The notes below the pieces were generated by a model. The model did not search any database, was not told where the DNA came from, and saw nothing but the letters and a program-made list of their open reading frames with translations. Made by a program: the position numbers and the translations under genes. Shown here piece after piece: positions 1-9,898 of a DNA stretch of 20,000 bases; within the stretch, counting starts at the first letter, position 1; every line of letters starts with the position of its first letter. This stretch comes from an uncultured virus (IMG/VR IMGVR_UViG_3300048580_000163) (taxonomy: Duplodnaviria; Heunggongvirae; Uroviricota; Caudoviricetes): positions 48,142-68,141 of IMG/VR virus record IMGVR_UViG_3300048580_000163; one strand, given 5' to 3'.

Positions 1-1
1 A

Positions 2-3000
2 AAACCTGAAGAGTCTACCGAGCAAGGTGAAGAAAAAGTAAAACCACTAAAAGAAGTTAAGAGTCAACTACAAGAGCTATTTAGTGCAGCTAAAGAAGCT
101 ATATCTATAACGAAAAATAGAGCTAAAGAAATTGATAAGTTAAAGAAAGACTTAAATCAATTTGTAAAGTCTAATTTAGTTGGTCTTGATGCTTCTGATA
201 TTATGAAGTCTGCTTATCAGAAAATAACGTCATTAGTTCAAAATACTACTGATGCAAACTTTGAGGGGCAAGCAGAAAAGATTAATGATATTATAGATGA
301 CTTATATCTTAGAAGAGAGTTAAGAGACGAGGCTATACTTGACAAGAAAATCAAGGAAGCTTCTAAAGATACTTTTTACAAGGATAAAACTTCTGGAAAA
401 GTTACCAAAACTAAAGTAACTGATGAATTTAAGAAGAAGATTGAAGAGGCTAAGAAGAAGTTCTCTAAAATAAACAACCCTACAATAGCTGATAAGACTG
501 TATTTTATTTGGAGGTTAATAAACTATTAAAAGATGGTATTAAGGCAAGAAAAGCTATAAATGAAGCAAGAGATTCTAAATCAAGAGAGAATGCAAATAG
601 ATTAGCTATAATTTCTTTAAATAAGAATAAGAGTATTGAGCCTAAGAAAACAGTTAAACTAGAGTCAACTACAATAGATAAGATTTTCGATAAATTCTCA
701 GGTGGAGTTATCTTTAATGGTAAGATATATTTGAATACAAAATCAGGTAAATCTAACTTTATCACAGATACTGAAGGACTAAGTAGGGTGTCTTTTAATC
801 CAATATCTACATCAAATGTAGCTAGTAGTGCGGAAACTAATAGAAAGGGCTTTAAAACGGCTTTTAATGACATTAGAAGAAGATATAGTACCGCAACATT
901 CAGTGCTGATAAATTTTTTGAGCCTTTATTTTCAGTTGAAGGAGCTAAAGAATTCCTTGATAAAAATTGGATAAATAGACTGAAGGTTTACTCTGAGAAG
1001 CTTGGTAGAAAAGTAAGTGAATTTAGAGATGTTCGTGATAACTTTATTAAGGATGTTATTGGTAAAGATAATTTCTTAAACAATAATAGAATCTTAAAGT
1101 CTAATACATACGATGTAATTAAGACTGCTGTTGCTATATTTAAGGGTGGTGATAAGAGTAGTCCTCTTTGGTCTTTTGTTGGTAGAAATGAAATTCAATT
1201 TAGCATAGATGTTAATGGAAAGAAAGTTGAAGGAGACTATCTTGGTATTATTGACGAATTAGATTTAATGATTAAGAAAGACCCTTCTATAAAGAAATTT
1301 AAAGACCAATTTGTAAGTAGATATATTCCTTTCGATAAAATGAAGAATGAAGGTGTTGCAGCATTATTTAATATGCTTAGACAACCTGAAGGATTGAATA
1401 AATTCTTAAATTCATATTCAATTGATGACGCTAAGGCTATTATATCTTATGTAAATGAGAATCCTGGAATTAGAGAGGTTGCTGATAAGTCTGCTAAATT
1501 GTTTGAAAATATAAGAGATTATGTAAATCCTACATTAGATAAATTAGGATATGATACTTTAGGTGAGGCAAAATATGTTAGTAAAGAGGATGCGTTAAAA
1601 ATTAAAGATGATAAGTCAACTAGAGATTTGTATGAGATTTTAGATATGGTTTACCCTAATGGTCTTCCTGAAAAGATACCATACTATCCATTATCGGCTG
1701 AATCATTATCTGGTACAAATGAAGGCAATGTTTTAGAGTTCTTTGAAGATTCTGAGAATCCTAATGCTGATTATAGTCTATTATTCCCTTCTTTATTTAC
1801 AAGAACATCTGGAGGTAATTTAAACCTTAATGATTTATCTGTAACACGTTCATTTGACAATATAGCAAAAGAAGCTATCACATTAGTTCAAGGGTCTGAT
1901 ATTGTATCTGATGTTAGGAATTTATATGCTAATGAAGGAAACAATGTGGCTATGATTAGTGCATTTGGAAAAAGTTGGAATGATAAGTTTAAGACAAAGA
2001 TATTAAACATAGTTAGAGACGATGCTTATAATACATCTATGGGGTCTAAAGACTTAGTAGGGTCTGCATCAAGATTTTGGGTAGCAAGTAGATCAACACT
2101 TAGAGCGGCTCAGTTAGCTTTAAATGCATTTTCAGCTATATCTCAGTTAACTGGTATTCCAATTGCTTATGCTAAGAAAGGAAACCTTAAATACCTAAAA
2201 GATACATTAAAGAATTTAGCTAAAAAAGAAACTAGAAATAAAGAGTTTAATGAATTAAAAGAAGCTTATAACGCAATAGTTAATTCGAAGAACTACATTG
2301 AGAGAACAAATAAGAGGAAAGATAATGCTGAGGTTGCTGCTATTCAAAGTATAAATGATAACTTAGGTTACAGGGTTTCTGGAGCATTAATATCTGACTT
2401 ACTTATATTCACAACAGTATTCGACCAAATATCAGTTATAGCTTTAACACCACTATATAAAGGTAAATACCAAGTAGACTCGCAAACTACAACTACTGAA
2501 AATGTAGATGAGTTCTTTGCAGAGGAAGTTAATAAGACATTGCAATCAAATGCTCCATTCTATACTGGTACTGCGTTTTATCAGAAATGGGCTTTAGCTT
2601 TAGGTTTAGGAGGATATTTGCAATCTCCAAGACAGATTATGGAGATGATGAGTTCTGATATAAATTCAATGTTAAGAAAAGATGGAGATTATGCTTCTAA
2701 GATGAAGAGGATTATAGCTATGTCGTCTTTTGGACTAATACTTCCTGTAATGATAAAAGAGGCTCTTAGAGGCAGTGATGATGAAGATGAGGAAAGTAAA
2801 GCAGATAAGAAGACATCTATATTGCAGTTTGGAAATAAAATTATAGATTCTATACTTGAGAGTATGGGGTTTGCTGGAACGTTAACATCTTCAATTAAGA
2901 ATGCTGCTTTAATTAAATATAGTCCTGACGTTATGGAGATGGATGTAAATCCTTCCGATCTTAAATCTCAAGATGTGGTTATGCAAGCATTAAAAGGAGC

Positions 3001-3889
3001 TTCACCAAACATATCTATAACAATGAGGGGTATTGATAATGTAATTGATAAGAAAGAGATATACACAAATACAGACCAATTCTTATTTGCTTTAGAGACT
3101 GGAACTGGATTTGCTGGAGCTAAACTTAAAAAGAATATAGACTACGTTGTAGCGGTTGGAAGTGAAAGTTATGACTACAAAGATTATTGGTCTTTAGTAA
3201 CAGGTAAGGTAACTCAAGATGAATTCAAGCAGTACGAAAAAGAGTTAAATACATTTAGAGAAACTTTAGATAAGGCTGTATATCCTAGATTAACACCTAA
3301 TAAGACGTTAAATACATCATTCTTAAATGAGAAGCAAATGAACGAGTTGTCTAAGATGGGCTTTGAACAAAAAGCAGAGTACATTGAGAATATAAGACTT
3401 AATTTAATGCGCAAGAGTGTAGTAGAGCAGGTTGAATTCCTTAAGAAGTTAGGCGGTATGGATAAGACTAAAGGCTACTATAAAGTAAGGGAGTCTAAGA
3501 TAAAAGAAGAGCTATCTGAAGACGCATTTAAGTTACTTGAGAATAAGTATTATAGTGGAGAGAATTTAATGACAGTAGAAGAGTTAACTGACAAGTTAGA
3601 TGAGTTTGCTAAAGAAGAGAATATATCAGAAGAAACATCTTTAAGCATATTAAAGGAAGCTATAAAGAAAGCTAACGAAAAGATAAGTGAAAAGTTTGTT
3701 ATTCCAGCTATAAAGAAATTAGATAAAGTGAGTAAAGGTAGGGATAGAGCTAAGTATATTTACGATAATGTAGGTGATTTAATGGAAGGAGATAATATTA
3801 AATATATTGAAATGATGGGAGATGATTTCGATGAAGATACTAGCGATGAATACTTTGAAATACTAAGGAAGAAACAAAATAATAAGTAA
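2..3889 (+). CDS. Very large phage protein, 5'-truncated by the window edge; probable virion internal/ejection (large polyvalent-type) protein
   Basis: The frame is open from position 2 (KPEESTEQGEEKVKP...) through the listed Met at 203 to TAA at 3887-3889, so >1290 aa. It is Lys/Glu-rich and helical-looking with scattered hydrophobic segments, and opposes the replication arm. No catalytic motif recognised; function is inferred from size and context. Confidence 0.55.
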   Translation, partial: KPEESTEQGEEKVKPLKEVKSQLQELFSAAKEAISITKNRAKEIDKLKKDLNQFVKSNLVGLDASDIMKSAYQKITSLVQNTTDANFEGQAEKINDIIDDLYLRRELRDEAILDKKIKEASKDTFYKDKTSGKVTKTKVTDEFKKKIEEAKKKFSKINNPTIADKTVFYLEVNKLLKDGIKARKAINEARDSKSRENANRLAIISLNKNKSIEPKKTVKLESTTIDKIFDKFSGGVIFNGKIYLNTKSGKSNFITDTEGLSRVSFNPISTSNVASSAETNRKGFKTAFNDIRRRYSTATFSADKFFEPLFSVEGAKEFLDKNWINRLKVYSEKLGRKVSEFRDVRDNFIKDVIGKDNFLNNNRILKSNTYDVIKTAVAIFKGGDKSSPLWSFVGRNEIQFSIDVNGKKVEGDYLGIIDELDLMIKKDPSIKKFKDQFVSRYIPFDKMKNEGVAALFNMLRQPEGLNKFLNSYSIDDAKAIISYVNENPGIREVADKSAKLFENIRDYVNPTLDKLGYDTLGEAKYVSKEDALKIKDDKSTRDLYEILDMVYPNGLPEKIPYYPLSAESLSGTNEGNVLEFFEDSENPNADYSLLFPSLFTRTSGGNLNLNDLSVTRSFDNIAKEAITLVQGSDIVSDVRNLYANEGNNVAMISAFGKSWNDKFKTKILNIVRDDAYNTSMGSKDLVGSASRFWVASRSTLRAAQLALNAFSAISQLTGIPIAYAKKGNLKYLKDTLKNLAKKETRNKEFNELKEAYNAIVNSKNYIERTNKRKDNAEVAAIQSINDNLGYRVSGALISDLLIFTTVFDQISVIALTPLYKGKYQVDSQTTTTENVDEFFAEEVNKTLQSNAPFYTGTAFYQKWALALGLGGYLQSPRQIMEMMSSDINSMLRKDGDYASKMKRIIAMSSFGLILPVMIKEALRGSDDEDEESKADKKTSILQFGNKIIDSILESMGFAGTLTSSIKNAALIKYSPDVMEMDVNPSDLKSQDVVMQALKGASPNISITMRGIDNVIDKKEIYTNTDQFLFALETGTGFAGAKLKKNIDYVVAVGSESYDYKDYWSLVTGKVTQDEFKQYEKELNTFRETLDKAVYPRLTPNKTLNTSFLNEKQMNELSKMGFEQKAEYIENIRLNLMRKSVVEQVEFLKKLGGMDKTKGYYKVRESKIKEELSEDAFKLLENKYYSGENLMTVEELTDKLDEFAKEENISEETSLSILKEAIKKANEKISEKFVIPAIKKLDKVSKGRDRAKYIYDNVGDLMEGDNIKYIEMMGDDFDEDTSDEYFEILRKKQNNK

Positions 3890-3923
3890 AAAAATTGGAG
3901 GGGTTAAATTCCCCTCCTTTTTT
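3888..3923. terminator. Bidirectional intrinsic terminator between convergent gene arms
   Basis: Stem GGAGGGG (3897-3903) / CCCCTCC (3911-3917) with a 7-nt loop, a T-run on the right and an A-run on the left, between two convergent stop codons. Confidence 0.9.
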
Positions 3924-3926
3924 ATT

Positions 3927-4310
3927 TTATAGTAACGCACTTAGATTTACAGATGTATATCCCATAGGCTTTAAAATCTTACCATCAGGATTCTTCAACA
4001 CCTTTCCGTCATCTTGAACCTTAGTCATATTGTTCTCGTGGACCAAAGTAAATCCCTTGATAAACTCTTCAGTCATTCCGTGTGCAGCGACTGTACCAAA
4101 TAATACATACGCCATATCAATTAAGGCATCAAGTATTTCTACTTTATTATTCTGTAAGCAAGCCACAAAATACTCTCTATTCTCTTCAGACATAAGGTTA
4201 TATCTAAGTGAAGCTACTTTATCTTCTACATTAGATGGTCTTCCTTTTACTTCTTGGTCACAAGCTATCATAAAGTGTGATACCATTTCTATTGCTTTAT
4301 TTATTTCCAT
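3927..4310 (-). CDS. MazG-like / PRA-PH-type all-alpha NTP pyrophosphohydrolase
   Basis: LMSEENREY...EILDALIDMAYVLFG gives the EExxE and DxxxD metal ligands; the HENNMTK and GKILKP C-terminal motifs are typical of this family. Confidence 0.85.
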   Translation of the reverse strand: MEINKAIEMVSHFMIACDQEVKGRPSNVEDKVASLRYNLMSEENREYFVACLQNNKVEILDALIDMAYVLFGTVAAHGMTEEFIKGFTLVHENNMTKVQDDGKVLKNPDGKILKPMGYTSVNLSALL

Positions 4311-4327
4311 AAGGTTGTTACTTTATT

Positions 4328-5611
4328 TTAAAACCAGTAAGGTATTGATATTTTTGTATTATTTTCTTTATCTATGTTAAAAAAGTTAAATCCAGACTTG
4401 CTATTCTTAAAATTTGTCTTAACCCAATTACTTGGAGGAGAGAATGCTGGGTAGTTATAGTAACTGAAATCATTACTTGTAGTGTCGTCATATATAGCTT
4501 GATGAGAATCTCCTTTACTAAATTCTATGTAATTACCATTATACAATCTATGTTCCTTACAATATTGATCTATCTTTTCAGCCTGAATAGCATCTAACTT
4601 TGGTTTAAATCCAAACTTCTGCTCACCAATATCTTTTCCGTGAGATATCACAAATGTATGATTACCTACAGAGTAATGGTGTATAAATCTCTTTATAGAG
4701 TTAACATAAACTTTATTAGGGTATTTAGCTTCTAAAATATTCTTTACGGCTTGAGAAACAAAGTAAGAAAATACTCCTGAGTGATTGTCATTGGTTATGT
4801 TATTACAAACTATTGTATCATAATTATCAATCAAGGCATCTACTAAGTAAATCTTAAACTCTAAGGCTAAATCAAAAGCCTCTTTGTCATTCATATTCTG
4901 AGGAAGTTCGTGACCTTTTCTTGTTGTATTACCTCCAAGACCATCCATAAAATCACCTAAATCATCTATAATCAATGTATTACAAGTAGAGAATTTCTTG
5001 ACGTGACTAATCATCTTATGCAACCTATTCAACACCTCTTCTTTATCCCACTTACCTTCATATAAAGAATCTCCATCTTTACCATTTACATTCATAGCTA
5101 TATGGGTGTCAGTATAAACAAGTCTATCAAACCAATCATTATTATCTAATGTCTTTAGATCTTCAAAGACAACTGGTTTTATATGTTTCTTTACTATTTC
5201 TTCAAAGCTATCTTCAAGGTTAAACATAACATCATCTTCCGAAGAATAAAATACAACATTATAAAATGGTATTCCTGAGTGAGATATTAATTTATAACTC
5301 CTAATCTTACTACAATCTAAACCATAAAACTCGCAATACTTCTCAATAGACATTAACTGACCATCAGGACCTATTGCTGTAAATCCTTTAGGCTTCTTTT
5401 CTTTATCGTTTGAGTAATTATTACTATCTGATTCAGAGTCATTTGTAAGACCTAAGTCTTTTAACTTCTTTGAAAACGACCTCCGTAAACTATCATTATA
5501 CTCAACATCACTCTCACGACAAGCAGTGATACAAGACTGAGTTATATTTTGACTCTCTAAATAAAGTTCGCTAACTCTATTTAATAATTTTTCTTTAAGA
5601 TTATTGTCCAT
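4328..5611 (-). CDS. Calcineurin-like metallophosphoesterase / nuclease with N-terminal extension
   Basis: Motifs YTDTH, LGDFMDG, NDNH, SHGKD and GDSHQ occur in metallophosphoesterase order. Confidence 0.75.
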   Translation of the reverse strand: MDNNLKEKLLNRVSELYLESQNITQSCITACRESDVEYNDSLRRSFSKKLKDLGLTNDSESDSNNYSNDKEKKPKGFTAIGPDGQLMSIEKYCEFYGLDCSKIRSYKLISHSGIPFYNVVFYSSEDDVMFNLEDSFEEIVKKHIKPVVFEDLKTLDNNDWFDRLVYTDTHIAMNVNGKDGDSLYEGKWDKEEVLNRLHKMISHVKKFSTCNTLIIDDLGDFMDGLGGNTTRKGHELPQNMNDKEAFDLALEFKIYLVDALIDNYDTIVCNNITNDNHSGVFSYFVSQAVKNILEAKYPNKVYVNSIKRFIHHYSVGNHTFVISHGKDIGEQKFGFKPKLDAIQAEKIDQYCKEHRLYNGNYIEFSKGDSHQAIYDDTTSNDFSYYNYPAFSPPSNWVKTNFKNSKSGFNFFNIDKENNTKISIPYWF

Positions 5612-5849
5612 CTTTTTTCAGGTATTTATCAAAGTCATTCTTGATTTCCTCGCAGTAAGATTGTATCTTATCTATTGCAGAGAATGTATAGGCTCTTTCG
5701 TGGTCTACCATACTCTCGTACAAGAAATCAGTTGCTTGATTAATTTTTTTCATCATTCGATTGATTAATACAATTCTCTCGCTTTCAAGGAGTGCCTTAT
5801 TAACTTGGTGTCTTGGGTGTTTAGTTTCCATTTCTTTATATTCTTTCAA
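5601..5849 (-). CDS. Hypothetical protein
   Basis: 82-aa ORF overlapping both neighbours in an operon-like arrangement. Confidence 0.7.
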   Translation of the reverse strand: MKEYKEMETKHPRHQVNKALLESERIVLINRMMKKINQATDFLYESMVDHERAYTFSAIDKIQSYCEEIKNDFDKYLKKDGQ

Positions 5850-6279
5850 GGATTAATTTAATCGTTTCTACGCACTCTAAATTTGTTTGCGGAACATATA
5901 TGTCACATTTAATATTCTGTCGATTTAACATACCCTTAAATAGCTTCATTCGCATATTGTAAGGTTCTGTTGGCAAACCTTTGGTCTCTATGATTGCATA
6001 ATAGTCATTATGTCTAATCACAAAGTCAGGTTTATAAGACATATCATTTACCTTCTTAAAACCACGATTGATATAATCACCTTTACCAGATGATAACCTT
6101 GCGTGGTAGTTATTATTGAAAATGAAAGAGTCAGAAAGTGTATAGCTCTCTGACTCGTATTTAAAGTTTATATTGTTTTCCTTAAGAAGTTTGTACATTG
6201 TACCTTCTAAACGAGACGAGAAGTTAATACCATCAATGGTAATCTTCTTCGATTTTATTAATCTTCTATCATACTTCAC
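5836..6279 (-). CDS. DUF1064-family PD-(D/E)xK endonuclease (possible resolvase)
   Basis: KITIDGINFSSRLE, YKPDF and IIETKG motifs; GTG start. Confidence 0.8.
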   Translation of the reverse strand: MKYDRRLIKSKKITIDGINFSSRLEGTMYKLLKENNINFKYESESYTLSDSFIFNNNYHARLSSGKGDYINRGFKKVNDMSYKPDFVIRHNDYYAIIETKGLPTEPYNMRMKLFKGMLNRQNIKCDIYVPQTNLECVETIKLILERI

Positions 6280-6302
6280 TATAATAATTTCTTATTTGAT
6301 GT

Positions 6303-6310
6303 CAAAGTTA
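6303..6310 (-). promoter_or_regulatory. Bacteroidota -7 promoter box (TAACTTTG)
   Basis: Matches TAnnTTTG in an AT-rich gap about 25 nt upstream of the DUF1064 gene. Confidence 0.6.
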
Positions 6311-6339
6311 TATAAAAAAAATTGATTATTTAGTATTTT

Positions 6340-6801
6340 TTATGAGTTTTTTTTAAATCTACCATCAAAAACGACAATCATACTATCTTTTGTTCCGCTT
6401 TGAGTCTTTCCTTTGGAATTAAGTGGAAGATAAAAATTACCATTACTATCTATTTTACCAAACTTTATTCTCCCTTTTATAAATTCAATTGAAATTGCAT
6501 TTGGTTTTATTGATTCGTGAAACAACTTAGTAGATGTAGATACTGGTATTAAGAATACACAAACCTTTCCTTTATTCATTTCTTCAATACCCTTCTTTAT
6601 AAATGCTTCTTTTAGTTTTTGAGAGTAAGGTGGATTTACAAAGTTAGAGTAACCCCATTCAATTTGTAGTCCATCATTTACTATTTCTCCTTCGTTATAA
6701 GGACAAGGATCGAAATCAAAGTTGAAACGACTATTTAACTCTTCATAAAATTCTGGAGGAGTTGCGTAGTTATCATCGTTGTTTATATGAATGTTCTTCA
6801 T
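6340..6801 (-). CDS. Phage DNA N6-adenine methyltransferase (short phage Dam family)
   Basis: YATPPEFYEEL...FDFDPCP, catalytic NPPY, VFLIPVSTST and FIKGRIKF. Confidence 0.9.
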   Translation of the reverse strand: MKNIHINNDDNYATPPEFYEELNSRFNFDFDPCPYNEGEIVNDGLQIEWGYSNFVNPPYSQKLKEAFIKKGIEEMNKGKVCVFLIPVSTSTKLFHESIKPNAISIEFIKGRIKFGKIDSNGNFYLPLNSKGKTQSGTKDSMIVVFDGRFKKNS

Positions 6802-6804
6802 AAT

Positions 6805-7302
6805 CTATTTAGTATTTTTCTTAAGTTTTTTTACCAAATCTTTCATAGTATCTTTCTCAAGACCATCAACTATGCAATTCATTAACTCCTCAAAGTCTCC
6901 TGAAGCCTCAAAGAATAACTCATCTTTACCAGTTGCTACAATAGAATCGGATAGTTTATGAAAAGCCTTTAACTTATCTGAAGCATTACGAACAGCATTT
7001 CTAACGTGCTTGTTTAATCCTGGAATAACTGGTATGTCATCATTATACCTATTCAATTCTCTGTATAATAACTCACCAACAACTAATATCTTTGATACTA
7101 TCTTAGAGTATTCTGTCTTAAATACCTCAACATCAACACTCTTAACCTCTAACTTAAAGTGTTCAGCTAATTTAATTGCATCCTTAATGTTTGGTATTGG
7201 TGTTGCGTTTACAAATGAATCAGTGTAGTAGGTTTTATTTATGTCTTTAAAGTTAAGGTACTTTCCTTTATTATCCTTTAAAAAGTTTATTGTTTCCTTC
7301 AT
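6805..7302 (-). CDS. Hypothetical protein
   Basis: 165-aa ORF in a tightly packed operon. Confidence 0.75.
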   Translation of the reverse strand: MKETINFLKDNKGKYLNFKDINKTYYTDSFVNATPIPNIKDAIKLAEHFKLEVKSVDVEVFKTEYSKIVSKILVVGELLYRELNRYNDDIPVIPGLNKHVRNAVRNASDKLKAFHKLSDSIVATGKDELFFEASGDFEELMNCIVDGLEKDTMKDLVKKLKKNTK

Positions 7303-7306
7303 GTCT

Positions 7307-7477
7307 TTAAAATTTACTTAATTTAGTTTGATTAATCTCTGATAACAATTCGTGGTATCTCCTATTTAAAGCTTCGTCATTATGACCCTGTAGATAGTGG
7401 AATTGAATGGCATTTTTTACCTCCTCTAACTCCTTATGAAGTCTTTCCAACTCGATTTGGTGCGATGTGCAAGACAT
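7307..7477 (-). CDS. Small hypothetical protein (56 aa, MSCTSHQIEL...TKLSKF), not in ORF track
   Basis: Hand-translated; fills the gap with 3-4 nt spacing to its neighbours. Confidence 0.65.
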   Translation of the reverse strand: MSCTSHQIELERLHKELEEVKNAIQFHYLQGHNDEALNRRYHELLSEINQTKLSKF

Positions 7478-7480
7478 AAT

Positions 7481-7627
7481 TTATTTTATTAAGGTTAATA
7501 TTAAGTGCGAAAGTGTAAATCCAGCTATACCTCCTAAGAGTAGTGTCATATAATTACTTGCCTTTAAATCTTTTATTATTTGTTCCTGAACCTTTATTAA
7601 CTCAAGGTATTGTTTTTCTTTATTCAT
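7481..7627 (-). CDS. Small protein with C-terminal TM helix (48 aa, MNKEKQY...LLLGGIAGFTLSHLILTLIK), not in ORF track
   Basis: Hand-translated; tight packing and a hydrophobic C-terminus. Confidence 0.65.
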   Translation of the reverse strand: MNKEKQYLELIKVQEQIIKDLKASNYMTLLLGGIAGFTLSHLILTLIK

Positions 7628-7628
7628 T

Positions 7629-7778
7629 TTACTCTTCTTTAAATGTTTCATCAAATCTTTTTAATGCGATATTAGCCCATACAAAAGCTCCATCATTTTT
7701 AATGGCATTAGGCGCTGATACATAAGCTACATATACATCACACCAAAGCTTCATCCTTACTGATTCTAATTCTTTCAT
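7629..7778 (-). CDS. Small hypothetical protein (49 aa, MKELESVRMKLWCDVYVAY...FDETFKEE), not in ORF track
   Basis: Hand-translated; ATGA overlap with the upstream gene's stop. Confidence 0.65.
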   Translation of the reverse strand: MKELESVRMKLWCDVYVAYVSAPNAIKNDGAFVWANIALKRFDETFKEE

Positions 7779-8029
7779 TCTTTTTCCTTCTTTAAAAATT
7801 CTTTACAATCACCTACTGTATAAATACCTTGTTGGGTATTATCTAAAGCATAAACCCTCATATCGTCTGGAAGATATTCTCCAACCTTTATTAACCACTT
7901 ACTATAAGTTCCCCTAAAAAATACAGGTTCAAATATATCTCTTGATATATAATCTAATAAATCATTATCTTCATCTACTAACTTTTCGTGTTCAATGTTT
8001 TGTGTTAATATTCCAAATTTTGTACTCAT
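7775..8029 (-). CDS. Hypothetical protein
   Basis: 84-aa ORF with ATGA overlaps at both ends. Confidence 0.7.
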   Translation of the reverse strand: MSTKFGILTQNIEHEKLVDEDNDLLDYISRDIFEPVFFRGTYSKWLIKVGEYLPDDMRVYALDNTQQGIYTVGDCKEFLKKEKE

Positions 8030-8709
8030 ATCTCTATTATATTTCCATTACTACTTAATTTACCAAATCTACCATCTGTTACAACTGAGCCATTGCTAAA
8101 CCAAGTATCGCAAATACTTAACTTTTGCACACCAGCATTGATAATATCCTTGCAGTTATGGATATGTCCAAAAAGACAATAAGCAGGCTGCACCTCTAAT
8201 ATCCTATTCAATAAAGACTTATCTCCGCAAGATTCCATATAGTTATTCTTATCATAAGACTTATCTAAGATTCCTTTTGGTGGTCCGTGAGTTACAACAA
8301 TATCTACATCTTCATCAATTGCCAATCTCCAGAATCTCTCAAGCTTTGTTCTTTCCTTCATAAAAGCCCAATTACCAAAGTTAGGTGTGTGTGGTGATCC
8401 AAATATCTTAATCCCATCAATTGTTACAGATTCATTTTCAAGATAAATAATACCAGCATCTTCGAAATCTTTCTTTGTTACAAGTTTTTTCTCAATTGAG
8501 GTATCGTGATTGCCTGCAACATAAATCTTGTATTTTATAGGTAATTCTTTATACCAATCAATGAAGTCTCTAACTTCTGGTTCGTTGTTATAAGGATCTC
8601 TTGGATTACTACAATCACCTGAATGTATAATCATATTAATACCGCTTGGTATATTTAATAAATCGTGATATGTATGGGTATCTGAGATGTGAAGTATTCT
8701 TAAGCTCAT
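8026..8709 (-). CDS. Metallophosphoesterase (239FB/MPPED-like)
   Basis: Complete motif set: HISDTH, HSGD, AGNHD, VTHGPP, FGHIH. Confidence 0.9.
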   Translation of the reverse strand: MSLRILHISDTHTYHDLLNIPSGINMIIHSGDCSNPRDPYNNEPEVRDFIDWYKELPIKYKIYVAGNHDTSIEKKLVTKKDFEDAGIIYLENESVTIDGIKIFGSPHTPNFGNWAFMKERTKLERFWRLAIDEDVDIVVTHGPPKGILDKSYDKNNYMESCGDKSLLNRILEVQPAYCLFGHIHNCKDIINAGVQKLSICDTWFSNGSVVTDGRFGKLSSNGNIIEI

Positions 8710-8900
8710 TTTATTTCTTTTTTATAAATTTCTAATAGTTCTTCTGTATTATATCTCAAGTATAAATCGTAGTCAATAGTGTCAATTTCACTACTTCTTA
8801 AACTTTCTACCCATTCAGAAAATTTAACAGCAAAATCTTCTTTTTCTTTTTGTAATTGCTTTTGTCTATAATTACTATCTTCGTATTGTAGTGTTGTCAT
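8706..8900 (-). CDS. Hypothetical protein, paralogue of 10366-10611
   Basis: FAVKFSEW...ELLEIYKKE motif shared with the 10366-10611 product. Confidence 0.7.
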   Translation of the reverse strand: MTTLQYEDSNYRQKQLQKEKEDFAVKFSEWVESLRSSEIDTIDYDLYLRYNTEELLEIYKKEIK

Positions 8901-8910
8901 AATTTATTCT

Positions 8911-9144
8911 TTAATTTTTTTGTAAATGCATAGTGCTTATGGCTTTATGAAGCCTTACAACTTCCTTCTTATATTTATTTACTGATTCTTCTTTAAATTC
9001 TAACTCAGCAATATAAGATTTTAATTTTCCGTTTTCAATTTCTAAATTTGAAATGGTCTTTATTAAATATGACACAAGTTCATCTTTTTGATATTCCCTC
9101 TTTAGGCTAATTAAAACATTGTCTATGTATCTATTTCTACCCAT
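8911..9144 (-). CDS. Hypothetical coiled-coil protein
   Basis: 77-aa ORF with heptad-like LEIENGKLKSYIAEL. Confidence 0.7.
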   Translation of the reverse strand: MGRNRYIDNVLISLKREYQKDELVSYLIKTISNLEIENGKLKSYIAELEFKEESVNKYKKEVVRLHKAISTMHLQKN

Positions 9145-9147
9145 ATC

Positions 9148-9420
9148 TTATTCTCTAAATAATTCGTAAATACTATTCTCTGTTGCAAATCTAATGTAAT
9201 CATCTTTATCTTCAAGTATTTCAGTTACTGGTGTTGTTTGCCAGGTAAAATAAATATTAAACGGAGACATAATTAAACTTCTACCTACGGCTGCTGATTG
9301 AAAGTCTGCTTTATATCTTCCATTCTCATCAAATTCTAACCACTTAATTGCAAAAGATTTATTAGTTAAACCATCTCTTTCTCTAACCAATCTATAATTA
9401 TGCTCCATAATCAAACTCAA
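9148..9420 (-). CDS. Hypothetical protein
   Basis: 90-aa ORF (WQTTPVTEIL...FATENSIYEL), operon-packed. Confidence 0.7.
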   Translation of the reverse strand: MSLIMEHNYRLVRERDGLTNKSFAIKWLEFDENGRYKADFQSAAVGRSLIMSPFNIYFTWQTTPVTEILEDKDDYIRFATENSIYELFRE

Positions 9421-9706
9421 CTTTATATCCTAACTCCCTTAATACAGCCTCTAAAGCAGTCTGAACATCTTCTCCTAAGTAACCATTATCGTGTATCTCA
9501 GGATTAGGGTGTTCTAATTTCTTACCATTCAAGTACAAGTATGTTCCGTAGCTATCACAACAACCATCACCGCATTGATGATGCCAATCCTCGAATTTAA
9601 TCTTTATTGTATTCTCATTAAATAAAAGCTCTTGACTCTTTATAACCTCTATCTCAGGATCGCAATCACATCTATCTGTATGACCGCAATAACATTTTAT
9701 TTCCAT
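9398..9706 (-). CDS. Cys/His-rich hypothetical protein
   Basis: CYCGHTDRCDC and HHQCGDGCC clusters. Confidence 0.7.
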   Translation of the reverse strand: MEIKCYCGHTDRCDCDPEIEVIKSQELLFNENTIKIKFEDWHHQCGDGCCDSYGTYLYLNGKKLEHPNPEIHDNGYLGEDVQTALEAVLRELGYKVEFDYGA

Positions 9707-9709
9707 ACC

Positions 9710-9895
9710 TTACTTATCTTTAAAATCCTCTAATTCTTTTCCCCACTCTATAATAAACTCCCTAATACTTTTTTGATGAAATGTAGCTTGAACAAGTAAT
9801 CCTTCAAAAGCCTCAAAGTATTCCTCTAAAGAAACATCATCGTGTTCAGTTTTAAAGGTTATTGTTTTTCCGTATGACTTAAGTTGTAATTCCAT
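9710..9895 (-). CDS. Hypothetical protein
   Basis: 61-aa ORF, operon-packed. Confidence 0.7.
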   Translation of the reverse strand: MELQLKSYGKTITFKTEHDDVSLEEYFEAFEGLLVQATFHQKSIREFIIEWGKELEDFKDK

Positions 9896-9898
9896 ATC

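Noticed and set aside
505..873. Minus-strand ORF (122 aa), and likewise 3214-3414
   Set aside because: Antisense shadows fully inside the giant + strand gene, with the Leu/Ser/Phe-rich composition typical of reverse frames.
3824..3838. DFDED resembling the DxDxD RNA polymerase catalytic motif
   Set aside because: It lies in an acidic tail about 20 aa from the C-terminus with no double-psi barrel context.
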